A DNA stretch of 64,000 bases from Octopus sinensis (lineage: Eukaryota). The notes beneath the pieces are model-generated. The model had not been told where the DNA came from. It ran no database searches and was given only the letters and a program-made list of their open reading frames with translations. The stretch spans positions 38,750,001 to 38,814,000 of the forward strand of contig NC_043010.1 in assembly GCF_006345805.1 (NCBI RefSeq). Direction: 5' to 3'. Position 1 is the stretch's first letter. Each line of letters begins with the position of its first letter. Below are positions 26,260-40,044 of the stretch, piece by piece. The position numbers and the translations under genes are program-made.

Positions 26260-26660
26260 TGGGGGAGAGGGTAAGTTGATGTAATCGACCCAAGTGCTCC
26301 CCGAAAGGGATGAAAGGCCAAGTCGACCGCGGCTGAGTTTGAACGCAAGACATGAAGACGTACGAAATGACGCGAAGCATTTTTCCCGCCATGTAAACGA
26401 TTCTACTAGCTCGTCTGATTAAAAAAAAATTTGCACAAGCCGTTGATATTTGGTGATGTTGTTGTTGTTGGTGGTGGTGGTGGCGGGGAGTGTTAGAAGG
26501 TTACATCAACCTCAAAAGTTGACTGGTACTTTATTTCATCGACCCTCAAAAGATGAGAGGCAAAGTCAACCATTGCGAAATTCGAGCTGGAAAAAATTCT
26601 GCAAAGCATATTTTCCGACACAGCAAATAACCTGCTTGCTCATCGTCTTAGTAAGGTGAT
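26260..26660 (-). mobile_element. Two decayed SINE-A-related fragments
   Basis: aagggatgaaaggccaagtcgaccgcggctgagtttgaac and ctggtactttatttcatcgaccc...aggcaaagtcaacc are reverse complements of the SINE-A body. Confidence 0.7.
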
Positions 26661-27107
26661 TCTTACGTAGGTAAAACGCTACCATGTTTAATTAAATTTG
26701 CAAAAAAATTCATTAATGCAATTTTTCTTTTAATAAATTTGAAGTCTCACTTTCGTTTCTGCTTCTTTTTTTTTTCGTGTCTCACCTATTGCAACTTGTG
26801 ACAAATTGAGCAGGAACAATTCTGGGGTTGCAAAAAATAAATAGTGAATCAAATAAATTCCCGAAAGTATGTAGTCAATCTCACCTCCATGTTTTAGAGT
26901 CTAAATCCTGCAGCTATCGACTTCGCTCTCCATTCTTCCTTCCTGAATCGATAAAATAAAATGGCTGTCAAATTATGGCGTCAATTTAAAACGTCTATGC
27001 ACCTCCTGCCGCAAACCTTTACGGAGTGGGTCTTTTCCAAACACGCAAATCATTACTACTACTACTACTACTACTACTGCTACTACTACTACTACTACTA
27101 CTACTAC

Positions 27108-27207
27108 NNNNNNNNNNNNNNNNNNNNNNNNNNNNNNNNNNNNNNNNNNNNNNNNNNNNNNNNNNNNNNNNNNNNNNNNNNNNNNNNNNNNNNNNNNNNN
27201 NNNNNNN
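27108..27207. other. Assembly gap (100 N) after a (TAC)n tract
   Basis: Exactly 100 N, likely an unsized gap. Confidence 0.99.
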
Positions 27208-27426
27208 GCAGTTGCATCAAACTCTCTCATTCACCAATGCTACATACCGGAAGAGGTATCAAACGATGATGTAGCACCGCGAACGGTGATGCCCAGCGTG
27301 ACCACAGCATTAGTTGTTGAAACGATTTAAAGAATTAAATAAATAATATATATATATATATATGTTTATATATATATATATATGATATATATATATAGAT
27401 ATAGATATAGATATATACATAGAGAG

Positions 27427-27457
<31 letters not shown>

Positions 27458-27610
27458 TATATATATATAATGTATGTATGTACATACATAGTATATATAT
27501 ATGTGTATATATATACATGCTTATATATGCGTGTATATATATGGATATATAGTGTATATAAACATTTATACATAAATACATAAATACATACATACATTAC
27601 ATATATATAT

Positions 27611-27671
<61 letters not shown>

Positions 27672-28348
27672 TTTAATATATTACATGATATCATTGTAAC
27701 ACATACGCACGTGCAACCGCAAATATGCGCACACATGATTCCATAGACTTTGTGTTTTCCAAAATTACAAATATACATAAAAATACGCGTATTTATAATT
27801 TCTGTTCTTATTTATAATATTTATTATCGAAATTTAACTCAATTTAATTGGTTACATCATTTGATTAATTAAATTTAATAACATATAGTTGAAAATAACT
27901 CATAATTAAATATTTATAAAAATAACTCTCAATAATAAGATTAAAATTATACAAATTGTATCAAGTTTTCTACGCCAGGTTTTCTACAATGGCTTAGCCG
28001 TATTGATTTACTGATGCTCTTAGTTCAATTCTCGTTCAAAACAATATAACTCCTCTTTTTTTTTGTTGTTTTTTTTTTGTCAGGGATTGATAAAATAGCT
28101 ACCAGCGTAAGACTTAAATGAATATTGCTTGTAACAAAATCTCAACCCCGTTTCAGTATTAGCAGGTAATATTTACTTTGCAACATAATAATTAAAGTCT
28201 ACAATGCGATGCAGTATTGATTTACATTAAATTATGTAAACGTATCTCGCTCTTAGTGTTATATATATTTTGTGCTATATCATACAGATTGCTTAAAAGC
28301 CGTACTTATTCGTAATTCCAATGTTTCAGTATATGTATACCCCCCACC

Positions 28349-28379
<31 letters not shown>

Positions 28380-29542
28380 CATACATACATATATATACAT
28401 ATATATATATACATAAATCTCTGAGAGATTTAGAAATATATTATTTCTACATATATATCTATGTATATATGTATATATATATATATACATATATATTATA
28501 TATATATATATTAATATATATTTATATATATATATATATGTATACATATATATATGTTATATATACATATATATATGTATATATATATATATGTATAGAT
28601 ATATATGTATATATATATATAAATATGCATGTATATATTTATATATATATGTAAGTATGTATGATTTTATGTTTTCATTACGGACCATGTGGTTCGTAAG
28701 CATGTATGTATGTATGTATGTATGTATGTATGTATGTATGTATGTATGTATGTATGTATGTATCTATCTCTCTGTCTGTCTCTCTATCTAGTTCGCATAA
28801 ACCATTGTCTGATATAGAGAAATATGTTTAAGCGTTTGAAGCCAAAACACTGCGTGTTATATATAATAAATGTAAATGGATGGTTTGAAGTTTTACCTTT
28901 TATTTCAATATTTCATTGTTAGAACACCATCTTCAGGAAATCTTCGAAGGAATGGTGTCGTGAGTTGAGTTCTGTCTTCTTAATATTTAAATACTGAAAT
29001 ACAAAGTAAATGCATGTACCACCGACAAGTATTATTTCATATAACTCGCATTGTTTTGGTTTAAGAGAATTAAAATTTTATATATATATATATATAGATA
29101 GATAGACAGATTGACAGAGATAGATAGATAGTGGGAGATGAAATGAGAGATATAGAGCAAAATCATAAAGAAAACAATAAAGAAAGAGAAATAGAATGAT
29201 TTCTGGACATGCTGGTTTGCCGTTAAAACTGAATGTGATGAGTCTATTTAAAAGCTATTTCGTCCAAGTAAACGAGAAGTTGATAAACAGTGACAAAAGT
29301 AATATTTCAGACGTGTCGAAGTGGCTCATTCAAATTGGGAATTGTTGAAGTCGAAACCCAATTTAAGATAGAGAAATTTACGTAGACGAATTATTAAAGT
29401 TGGCTTCGGAATCTATAGTGGGAGGTGTTATAGATTAGGAATAATCGGAACCATCTTTGAGAGTCAGGAGTGTAAATATTATTAATGGTATCTTAGACAA
29501 GGTGGAGTCTACAGATACACACTTACGTATTTATATATATAT

Positions 29543-29632
<90 letters not shown>

Positions 29633-29832
29633 TATATACATATATATATATGCATAAGTACACGCAGTAACACACTCACCACTCACTCACCGCACACATA
29701 CATATGTATTGTTATACTTACATGTACATGGTTGTGAGTGTAGCATATTTAATAACGTATTTATGACTATGCGTGTTTATGTGGAGGAAAGTAAAATGGC
29801 TTCCTTCAACGTTCCTTCAATATACTGTATAT

Positions 29833-30001
29833 GCAGGCGTGGCTGTGTGGGAAAATGCTTGCTTCCCTACCACATGTTTCCGGGTTCAGTCCCTATACGT
29901 GGAATCTTGGGCAAATGTCTTTATGTCTTCTACCAAAGCATCGGGTTGACAAAGCCTTGTGATTGTGTTTGGTAGACGGAAACAGAAAGAAGCCCCGTCC
30001 G

Positions 30002-30032
<31 letters not shown>

Positions 30033-30035
30033 TAT

Positions 30036-30073
<38 letters not shown>

Positions 30074-30300
30074 TGTGTGGTGTGTGTGTGTGTGTGTGTC
30101 TTCTCTCCATCACAGTCGGACAAACCGGTGTTGGTGTGTTCACGTCGTCGTAACTTAGCGGCTCGGCAAACGAATTCGATAGAGTAAGTACCTGTTGTTA
30201 AACAAGATGTACTGTGGTTGATTCGTTCGACTAAGAAAATATTCAAGGCTGTGCCCCAGCATGGCCACAGCCTACTGAACGAAACAAGTATAAGATAAAA
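29833..30300 (+). mobile_element. SINE family B, full length, with expanded internal (TA)n/(TG)n
   Basis: Head gcaggcgtggctgtgtgg...gggttcagtccc; tail ccccagcatggccacagcc...gaaacaagtataagataaaa. Confidence 0.85.
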
Positions 30301-30368
30301 AAAATAAAACATATACACACAGATATGCACAAATATGTACTTACATATACACACATACATAATTTTGT

Positions 30369-30399
<31 letters not shown>

Positions 30400-30439
30400 C
30401 CACATACATACGAACATATATTACACACATACATAAATT

Positions 30440-30503
<64 letters not shown>

Positions 30504-30507
<4 letters not shown>

Positions 30508-30656
30508 GTGAATTGAAGAAATATCCGCACCAACGCACGGTTGCAACACCATATGTTGTACCCAACCGTGCTGTTTACTGCTGTGATTCTTGCTACTAAG
30601 GTATCGTTTAAACTTTTGATTAATCTACTACAAGATTATTCATCTTTCTATTTCAC

Positions 30657-30660
<4 letters not shown>
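30504..30660. mobile_element. Small (TA)n-embedded element, copy 1
   Basis: Reverse complement matches 51846-52052 (catatggtgttgcaaccgtgcgttggtgcggat identical); (TA)n on both sides. Confidence 0.8.
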
Positions 30661-30695
<35 letters not shown>

Positions 30696-30727
30696 AGGAG
30701 TGGCTGTGTGGTAAGTAGCTTGCTTAC

Positions 30728-32515
30728 AGGTTGCTTCTGCGCATGTGCAAGTCAGTGTTGTACTTGACACCGAAGATGTAAGACGTGTTTTTGAAAGCCG
30801 TCTTAAATTGAAGACTTTTGAATACTCAGCCGTAAGGTAAGAATTTGGGGGGTCTAATTGGGACCTGTTGTATGCTGCAAATTATTTTTACAAGCAACAA
30901 GTCCTCACTGAGCTCTAGTCTGCCGGAGACTGAGTGAAAATATTATTCACTTAATTGTGAAAATTATTGGTTTGGTAGGCGTATCCTGCCAAACTTTTGT
31001 TTGAAAATAGTGTTGCTCCTGTTAAAGATTACCTAGAAGAAATTTAGAATGATTTTTTTAACTGTCTTACAGTTGTGTTAAATTTTGGCCGTAACGGTGA
31101 ACTGAGAATCTTTTTGAAAATTTTCTTGTGAATTCTAGTGGGCGTATCTCGCCAAAAAAAAAAATAATAAGAATGAGCCATTTGGATTACCTTTTTGGAT
31201 TACCTTTTTGGAGCATTATACAAAGGATTCCCTGTCTGGGCTATTTGTGAGATTTTTCTTTTACTTTTCACTTCTTCTATTATTTCTTTCTTTCTAAAAA
31301 TGTTTGGTTCATTCTTTTCATTACTTTAATTTCAGTTTATCCCCTCCCCTTTATGCTGTTTTATTTTTATTCGGTTTAATTTTTTGGCAGACTGTCTTTT
31401 GAACTACTTTTGAACTGTTTTTTGACATGGCAGAGAAGGAACTTAAAAAGAAAAACTCTGTCTTAGAGTGGGAAATTAACCCACCTAAGCAATGGTTAAA
31501 AGATATGGAAGAGAAGACGATGGTACTTAGAACATATTCTAAAGTTCTTAATTCCATCACCGTTTTCCCAAAACAAGTCATAAAAAATGAACTTAAAGAA
31601 CATTTCCTGTCTGTAAAATATATATCCCGTGGTGTCAAACATGCAACTCAAAAAGGATTAAAAAGGAAGAAGGCGGGCAACAATAGTTGCCCGCCGAAGG
31701 AACCTATGGCTTCGGGAGGCGGGGGAGAGTCTCCGGACAAAGCGGAAGGGCTCCACTCTCCCGAAGCCAGGAAGAAAAGAAAAAAAAGAAAGAAGAAGAA
31801 CGGGTCATTTCAGCAGGGAGATGATGTGCCGACTGCATGTCCCGAAGTTGTGCCACCCACGGTGGAAGAAACCACCCCACCCTTAAAGATGATCAATTAA
31901 TTATCTTTTTCTACAAGGTCGGGGAGGTGGAAAAATAGTAGAAGAACTTAAAGAAACAGTAGATATACCCTTCACACGAGATCCCGAATGGCCTCCGCAG
32001 ATAGCTGTGGAGGTCATAAGGTTTCCCTTGTGGGAAAGGCTTAAAGGATTTGGGGAGGAGTGTCGCATATGGCCGGGTAGCCCTTACACGACTTACATAT
32101 CCTACATGAGTGAGGCATGAGAAATGGCGGGATACATGAACTCAAGCGGCATTGAAGATAATGATGAATATATCGATGGATATATCGAAGAGTAGGAGGT
32201 GAAAGATCCTCGTTACAGAGTTTGAAACCTCACCTTATTGGACTATTTTGTAGTGGTTTATAGCCTCAATTTTGTGTTTTAAGAAAGAAAAAAGAAAACA
32301 TGTTAAGTAAGAGGTTTTAGTGCCTCCTCCTTGTAAAAGGTTCCAAACCTTATATTGATTAAAGATAAAAATAAAATATGTTTTCGAGAAAAATCCAATC
32401 GGCAGGTGTTGGGTTTCGTCTCTCATTTATTCATTATAATTCATTTTCATTCATTAATGTGTTTGTCCAGCCCGCAAAGCTCTTTGTACTGTCTATATGA
32501 CAAATTTATGAAATA
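30728..32515 (+). mobile_element. Non-autonomous single-ORF retroelement with 15-bp TSD (possibly L1/Tx1 ORF1-only, HAL1-like)
   Basis: TSD aagtagcttgcttac at 30713-30727 and 32516-32530; ends ...atgaaataa; one ORF; no endonuclease or RT motifs seen. Confidence 0.75.
31427..32225 (+). pseudogene. ORF of the insertion (putative retroelement ORF1-like protein), disrupted
   Basis: 157-aa ORF MAEKELKKK...LKMIN*. Removing a 4-bp aatt duplication at ~31897-31904 joins it to YLFLQGRGGGKIVEELKETVDIPFTRDPEWPPQ...EVKDPRYRV* (two late in-frame stops). Basic patch RKKRKKRKKK. Confidence 0.55.
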
Positions 32516-33168
32516 AAGTAGCTTGCTTACCAACCACATGGTTCCGGGTTCAGTCCCACTGTGTGACACATTGGGCAAGTGCCTTCTACTATAGCCTCGG
32601 GCCGACCAAAGCCTTGTGAGTGGATTTGGTAGACGGAAACTGAAAGAACCCCTTCGTATATATGTATATATATGTATATATATGTGTGCGTGTATGTTTG
32701 TGTGTCTGTGTTTGTCCCCCAAGCATTGCTTGACAACCGATGCTGGTGTTTTTATTTCCCCGTCACCTAGCGGTTCGGCAAAACGAGACCGATAGAATAA
32801 GTACTGGGCTTACAAAGAATAAGTCCCGGGGTCGAGTTGCTCGACTAAAGGTGGTGCTCCAGCATGGCCGCAGTCAACTGACTGAAACAAGTAAAATAGA
32901 GTATATATATGTATACACATATACGAACATACACACACACACATACATACATAAATACGTACATACGCATATACATAAATGCGTATGAATGTATGTTTGC
33001 ATGAATGTATATGTATGATAGTTTACTATAGCAAATACCATTTCAGCTCTTTTAAACTGATAGGTGCTCAACGGTACAACACAGTATCGGTGCTATGAAT
33101 TTAAATCAGACTTAAACAAATGGAAAGAACTGACCTGAAACGAAGTATGACATATTTACCAAGCGATT

Positions 33169-33325
33169 CCTACATACCTACCTACCTACCTACCTACCTA
33201 CCTATCTACCTACCTACCTACCTACCTACCTACCTACATATCTACCTACCTACCTACCTACCTATCTACCTACCTAACTACCTAACTACCTCCCTATATG
33301 CCAAACTACCTACCTGCTAACCTAC
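33169..33325. repeat. (CCTA)n microsatellite
   Basis: Direct reading. Confidence 0.95.
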
Positions 33326-33445
33326 CCTTTCAGTGTCGATAAATTAAGTACCAGTTGCGCACTGGGGTCGATATAATCTACTTAATCCGTTTGTCTGTCC
33401 TTGCTTGTCCCCCCTATGTTTAGCCCCTTGTGGGTAGTAAAGAAG
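33326..33445 (+). mobile_element. SINE family A, 3' half
   Basis: gtcgataaattaagtaccagttgcgcactggggtcgat...tttagccccttgtgggtagtaaagaa. Confidence 0.85.
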
Positions 33446-33471
33446 TATATCTATCTATCTATCTATCTATA

Positions 33472-33504
<33 letters not shown>

Positions 33505-33843
33505 CTTTCTCTCTCTATATATATGTAATTACATGCACACACACACATATACACACTTACACACACATACACATCTTTCTATATATCTACCTATACACAC
33601 ACACACTCACATATAGACACAGACACACGCACTGTTCCTTTTACAGAAACATAACCGGTTTTATAAAGAATTTGACAACGCGGCGAAACTTGGAATTTAC
33701 GGTCAATAAATATAATGAGATAATTAAACTCTAACATTTGCTGAGTTTAGAGTTTCTTTTTATATTTAACCACCACAAATTTCATAATTTTGATATTTTT
33801 ATAAAAACCCGATTTAAATCGTGGTTGTGTATAAGTAAACAAT

Positions 33844-33883
<40 letters not shown>

Positions 33884-34810
33884 CACATATTTATATATAT
33901 ATATATAATAAATAAAAATATATACATACATACAAACATATATGTAAATACCTACAACTACATGTATATATACATGCATATATAAATAAATATACGTATA
34001 TATATATATATAAGCGTAGACATGAACGCATTTATTAAGTATTTTAATAAATACGCCATGTAATATATATATATATACATGTATATAAATAAAAATAAAC
34101 ATATATATAATGTAAATATAAATCATAAAACATATCTCTGTGTGTGTTTGTGTGTGTGTGTTTCTGTGCATATGTGTAAGTATACAGGGCACTTTTAAGT
34201 GTGTATATGTGTATATCACTGTGTGTCTGAACTTTGGAATGCATATGTGTGTTTGTTAAATGGAAATGTCTATACGCGTGAGTGATAAAAAAAAAAAACT
34301 ATGTTTTTTTGTCTCGACTTTGGCAATTTCCTCACTGTCCATTGTTCATAGTTGATCAAAAAATAGGTTCTGCCGGGCTAGCCTACTTTATTATTTGATA
34401 AAGGTAAATAAAGGTTATTGTGTAAAGCTCCTTTAAAAATATCAGGAAATTAAATTCTTTTTGTTCTTTCATCATTGTGAGGATGTTTACGTGAAACAAA
34501 TAAAGTAATAATATATATCGGGTTACGCATATGTATATGTATGTATGCGTGTATATACATATATCAGCATACACATAAATACATACATATATACATACAA
34601 ACATACATGCATACTTACATATATATCTATGCATATATATACATATCTATATATATATACATATATATATATACTACATTCCTATGTTTATATGTATTTG
34701 TTTATACATACGTATGCATATATCATATATACACGTGTGCGTGTGTATTCATATGTAAATATACACAGGTATATATACATTGTGTATTCTTACATATATG
34801 TATATATTCA

Positions 34811-34843
<33 letters not shown>

Positions 34844-35927
34844 CGCTCATACATACATACGTATACGTAAGCGCTTTCACTGTAACATGTAAATACATTT
34901 TTATTTATATACTTACATATACATAAAAGTATATACATTATATATATATATTTATATATATATATTAGCGAATGTGTGGGTGTGCATGTGTGTTTCAAGT
35001 GAGGTTGGATGAGTATATACATATTGGCGCATGTACGTGGATATGTGGGCGCGCATGTGTATGTATGGACCTGTGCGCTTACGCGATTACTAGGAACATT
35101 TTTACTCTCTTACCTTTACTCCCTCCCCTTACTTAGCGGTCATTCTAACAGCTCTTTGTCTTAATAACGGTCAATCACACAGTAATTTTCCGTTGTTTTA
35201 ACGGTCATTTTCATAGCATTTTTTCGATGGTCCGATAAATGAAGAGATGGGTTTCCGCCCCGACATCGGAGCTTTTACCGAATAATTATCACATATTATA
35301 TATATATATATATATATATATTGCTTGAAGTGTACACATTTTATATGTGCTAGTCAGAATTTGTATAACTTCTGCCTCTTACATAAATCTGGAAGAGAAT
35401 ATATATATGTGAATCTGTTTGCAAGTATGTGTGTGTGTTGAATTTTTGAAGGCTTGATTAGAGAGGGAAAGAAAGGAAAAAAGGTAACAGAAAGGAAGAT
35501 AGACATGCATAAAAGGACAACACACCAGAAACGTGAAGGACATCATTTCGAAATGATACATGCATACATACATGCATACATCAATTCTTTGATGCCACAA
35601 CTTTACTACATAGGCAGGGATAAGTTTTTATACCCTCTGTTAAACTCATATCTTTAGAGTGAGACTAGATACAGAATAACGTGAGATGCATTGTATTTTC
35701 AGCACAAAGCTCCTAGCGCTTACGTGTTAAAAGCTCAGCTGACTGAAGAGAGAAAAAATACATTAATAGAAATTCTTACAGAGTTCTATCCTCGCACAAA
35801 CACATATACACGCATGCCTACTTTCAGCTGGGAAACGTACTCACACGTACATGCACACGTACGAAATTATGATTGCTTGCAACGGAAAATATCAAAATGA
35901 CAGTGTTTTTGAAGGCTATATTAGTGC

Positions 35928-35980
<53 letters not shown>

Positions 35981-36420
35981 GTATAAGTGTGTGCTTCTGT
36001 GTGTGCGCGTATGTACATCCAGATATGCATACATATATACATATACCTATATTCATATATATACATATAACTATATGTAAAATGTTAAGCACACGTATAC
36101 GAATATGTACGTATTTATATTTATTCTTAACATACAATATCTGTACATCACTTCAAAATCTCTCCACATATATATATGTATATATATGCATGCATATATA
36201 CATATGTGCACGTATACGTAGACATCTCTCTCTCGCTCTCTCTCTCGTGCGCGCGCTCTCTCTCACCAACTGCTATATCTACGAAGCTTCGTAAATTATT
36301 CTTCTACCGGAAATATGAGGACCATTAATTTTGTTTTAATGAAACTGCTCAATACGTTTGTAATCGTTCTTATTGAAATTATATTCTCCAACGGCGATGT
36401 TGTGAACTAATAACAGATCT

Positions 36421-36543
<123 letters not shown>

Positions 36544-38267
36544 CAGGAGCCAAAATCAACCGGGAAAAGTCAGTGGGCTTGCGACTAGGCACCTGGAGAA
36601 GCAAGCCCATGCCGTCCACCAGCGCCTCCGTCGTGGGACGCTGGACCGACGGCCCGGTTGAGTTGCTCGGGGTCTGGTTTGGTCCGGACCTCCAAGTGGA
36701 GAAGAACTGGAACGAGATAACGAGTAGGGTGGTCACTCTCGCCCGGCAATGGGCCGAGAGGAAACTGTCCCTAAAAGGTCGAGCGGAGGTGGCGAACACG
36801 TACATCGCGTCCGTCATCTACTACCGCCTGACCGTCGTACCTTGTCCCGACCCTACCATCACCAAACTACACGCATTCTCTTTCGCTTCTTGTGGAAAGG
36901 ATGCGTCCCGATGGTCAGGCGATCCATTTGCTGTCAACACCCGTTAAAAGGAGGGCTGGGCATGCCGTGGTTGATGATGCGCAGATACGCGCTGAGAACT
37001 GCGACATCTCTGGCTCTATGTAGACGACGGTGAACAGGTGTGGTCGCCGTTTGTGAGGCACGCTTCCCGCAGCTCGTCTCCATGACCGAACTGCAGTCGT
37101 GGATTAAAAAGAGGCCGAGGAAGGGCGAATGGCACCGCGAGTGTCGCGTTGCTCTCAAGCAACTCTGCCGTCCTGGGTCGACCTTAAGTGACTTCAACAC
37201 AACCAAAGCATTCTATAGGGGTTTAGTGGAGGGGAGGTACGACGACGAGCTCGGGGCGAACCTGGACGTCGACGAGGAGTACCTGACCCGCCTGTTCAGG
37301 ACGACTTTCGGGCCAGGGCCCATGGACAACTTCCAGAGATCCCTGGCCTGGCAGTGCTACCGAGAAGCGCTACCCGTTCGGGATAAGCTCCACAGACACG
37401 GCTCGAGAAACACGGGGCCGACCTGCCCGAGATGCGGTCAGAGCGACGAAACCGTTCTGCACGCACTCGTTCAGTGTCCAACAATTTCCGACCTGTGGGC
37501 TTTTGTCGAACAACTGCTGTCACGTGTGGGACGAGTCGGTTTATCAGCTGAGTCTATCGTCAATTGTCATGCCTCCTTCCTTCAAACGGGAAGGAAGAGC
37601 TATTTTCATCATCCTTGTGGCTATGGCGAAGGAATGTATCTGGTGGACGCGTCTGAAAGGATTGGAGACAAACACTTTCCTCTCTGGTCAATCTCTCATC
37701 AACTTCTTCAAGTACCACTTGAAAAGGAAAGTGAGAGTAGAGAGGCAAGTTTTGTCTAGCGAATGTTTTTAAAAAAGATGGGTGAATGTAGCAAGAATGG
37801 CACGTATGAATGACGAAGCCACCTTGAGCATAATCCTATGAACCCAGAAATTGAAAACAGAGGGTTACCCACTTGCAAACAAATGTGGTAACATATAACA
37901 ATATTGACCAAGGTTACCGTGGTCTTTTTCGTAGGCTTTTCTTCCCACGGATAAACCTTACTTGCTTTCCCCTTTACACCATACATCATGACACTGTGAT
38001 ACACGATCCCTATTGATCGTTTTTTTTCCTCTTCCCCTTTTTTCCTCTTTTTTCTTCTTTTTTCATTTTTCTTTTCTTTTGTTCCTTTTCCTTTTTTTCT
38101 TTTTTCTTTTCTTTTTTTTTGTTCTTTTTTCCCTTTTACGATCCCTTTTGATCGAAAACCTACGCCACCTTTTTTTGTTTCTTTTGTTTTTTTCATCCCC
38201 CAAAAGAAAAGCTCTACCTTGTAACTTGTCCCATCTGTGTGCAGCCCTGTGTGGCCAATAAATAAAC

Positions 38268-38268
<1 letters not shown>
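36544..38268 (+). mobile_element. 5'-truncated L1/Tx1-clade LINE (ORF2 C-terminus plus 3' UTR)
   Basis: SGAKINREKS...LLGVWFG...RKLSLKGRAEV...LKGGLGMP...ALPVRDKL...CPRCGQSDETVLHALVQC (RT C-terminus and zf-RVT), several frameshifts; T-rich 3' UTR ending aataaataaact. Confidence 0.92.
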
Positions 38269-38303
<35 letters not shown>

Positions 38304-38415
38304 TCCCAAAAATTACCCCAAAGATAAGTACTGGAATCGATTCACTCGGGTAAAGATTCCTCAAGGCAGTGCCCCAGCCTGGTCGCAGTCTAATGGCTGA
38401 AACGAGTAAAAGAAA
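38304..38415 (+). mobile_element. SINE family B-like 3' tail
   Basis: taagtactggaatcgattcactcg...tcaaggcagtgccccagcctggtcgcagtctaatggctgaaacgagtaaaaga. Confidence 0.7.
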
Positions 38416-39965
38416 CGTATTTAAATAACATAGGTATATTTGTCCGACACATCTGATAGCGACATCGATTTTGCTGCACAAAGCTATCAACATTGGTACT
38501 AGCTGATGCTTTTCTTTTAACTTTTTGACTTGGTTATTCGAAACAGCTGTAAAGATATTTGATTTCGTAATGTAAATTATATAGGCAACTTTTCCCTAAA
38601 TTCCTTCCTCACGTCTTTTATTATTTGTGGGATTTTCTTCTCTTCTCTGTCTGTCTTGTAAATATAGGATTGAAAAACACTTTATTATGTGTTTCGAGAT
38701 TCAGTTCTGACAAAAAATTATTATCTCACATTCTCTCGCAAGTTTAGGAATTATTACGACGCTAACAATACGTACATAGGTACACACACTCAGATACACG
38801 CATGTGTGCTCGTGCGCTCATGTTTTTGTGTATATATATGTGTGTGTGTGTGTGTTTGTGTGTGTATATATGTATGCATATGCAAGTATGTATACATGAT
38901 CACAAACGAGGTAGGACTGCAATAATTTATATGCAATCATTTAAGACTTTGGTCTTGCACCCTCTCTGTTTGATATCTGAAGTTATTAAAAGAAATGATA
39001 ATAAAAGCTAGGTAAGCATAATTTATTGAAAAGCGCATCAAAATCGCGCCCAGGTGTATCTAATTTTTGTCAGCCGGTATGGGGGACATCTCAGCTTGTC
39101 TACGTTCCGCTAGGTCGTATATACTAGTGAAATAAAAACTAAATCATTTAATGTTGTGAGCAGGATAACTTATTATTAATATATTCTCTAGCCATATCGA
39201 GAAGAGTTAAACGTTGTCGAACAATATCTATACGAACCAAACATAGATAAGGGTGATAACTCAGACCTCTTCTTCCCCACCGCCCAAATATGAGGTCTCA
39301 ATTAATTAAAAGTTGTATCAGTGAATTTTGTGAGAGAAAAAAATATTAAATGGACTGCGGAACATAACCGATTTTTTTGGCACAATATCGATTTTTTTTC
39401 ATTTCCTTCGCTTTCTTAGTAATGTGAGACGGAGTTATTATTTCTGGAGAATACTTGTATGTTTGTTTGTGTGTTTGTTTGTTATATTAATTCTCTCCCT
39501 TTATTTCCCCAAACAACAGCTGCTTCCGAGAACATAACCATGAAGAAGTATGAAGGAGAAGATATAATGGATGAAGAAGGTTTAACATTTCATACATCTT
39601 AAAAATATAGACGATTTCTAACAAACCAAACCAAAACATACATAAATAAGAAAAATAAACTCAAAATAAAAAAAAAATTAACGTCCCATTTCTTCCTCCC
39701 ACTGCAACAAAAACTCATTTTTACATCTAAAAACAGCAACAGAATGGAAGAAAGCAGAACATTCCATTAGCAACGATGAAAGAAGCTGTAATGAATGCAA
39801 CTTATGCAGGTGCATCATCTATGAAAAATACTGAATTCGTAATGAAAGATATTTTGGTTAATTCAATATTAGCAAATAGTTAATATAATTCAATTAAGGA
39901 TAGAATTGTCCACATGAGCTTTTGCTCTGTGCTAGAAGTATGAATTCTACGCGAAAAATACCATG

Positions 39966-40044
<79 letters not shown>

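Larger units (their letters stand above)
30696..32900 (+). mobile_element. SINE family B interrupted by a 1.79-kb insertion
   Basis: Head ggagtggctgtgtggtaagtagcttgcttac (30696-30727) resumes at 32516 aagtagcttgcttaccaaccacatgg; compare the intact copy at 47250. Confidence 0.92.

Noticed and set aside
33655-33815. Weak inverted symmetry around the aaactctaa/ttagagttt hairpin
   Set aside because: Arms are too diverged and AT-rich to define termini or a TSD.
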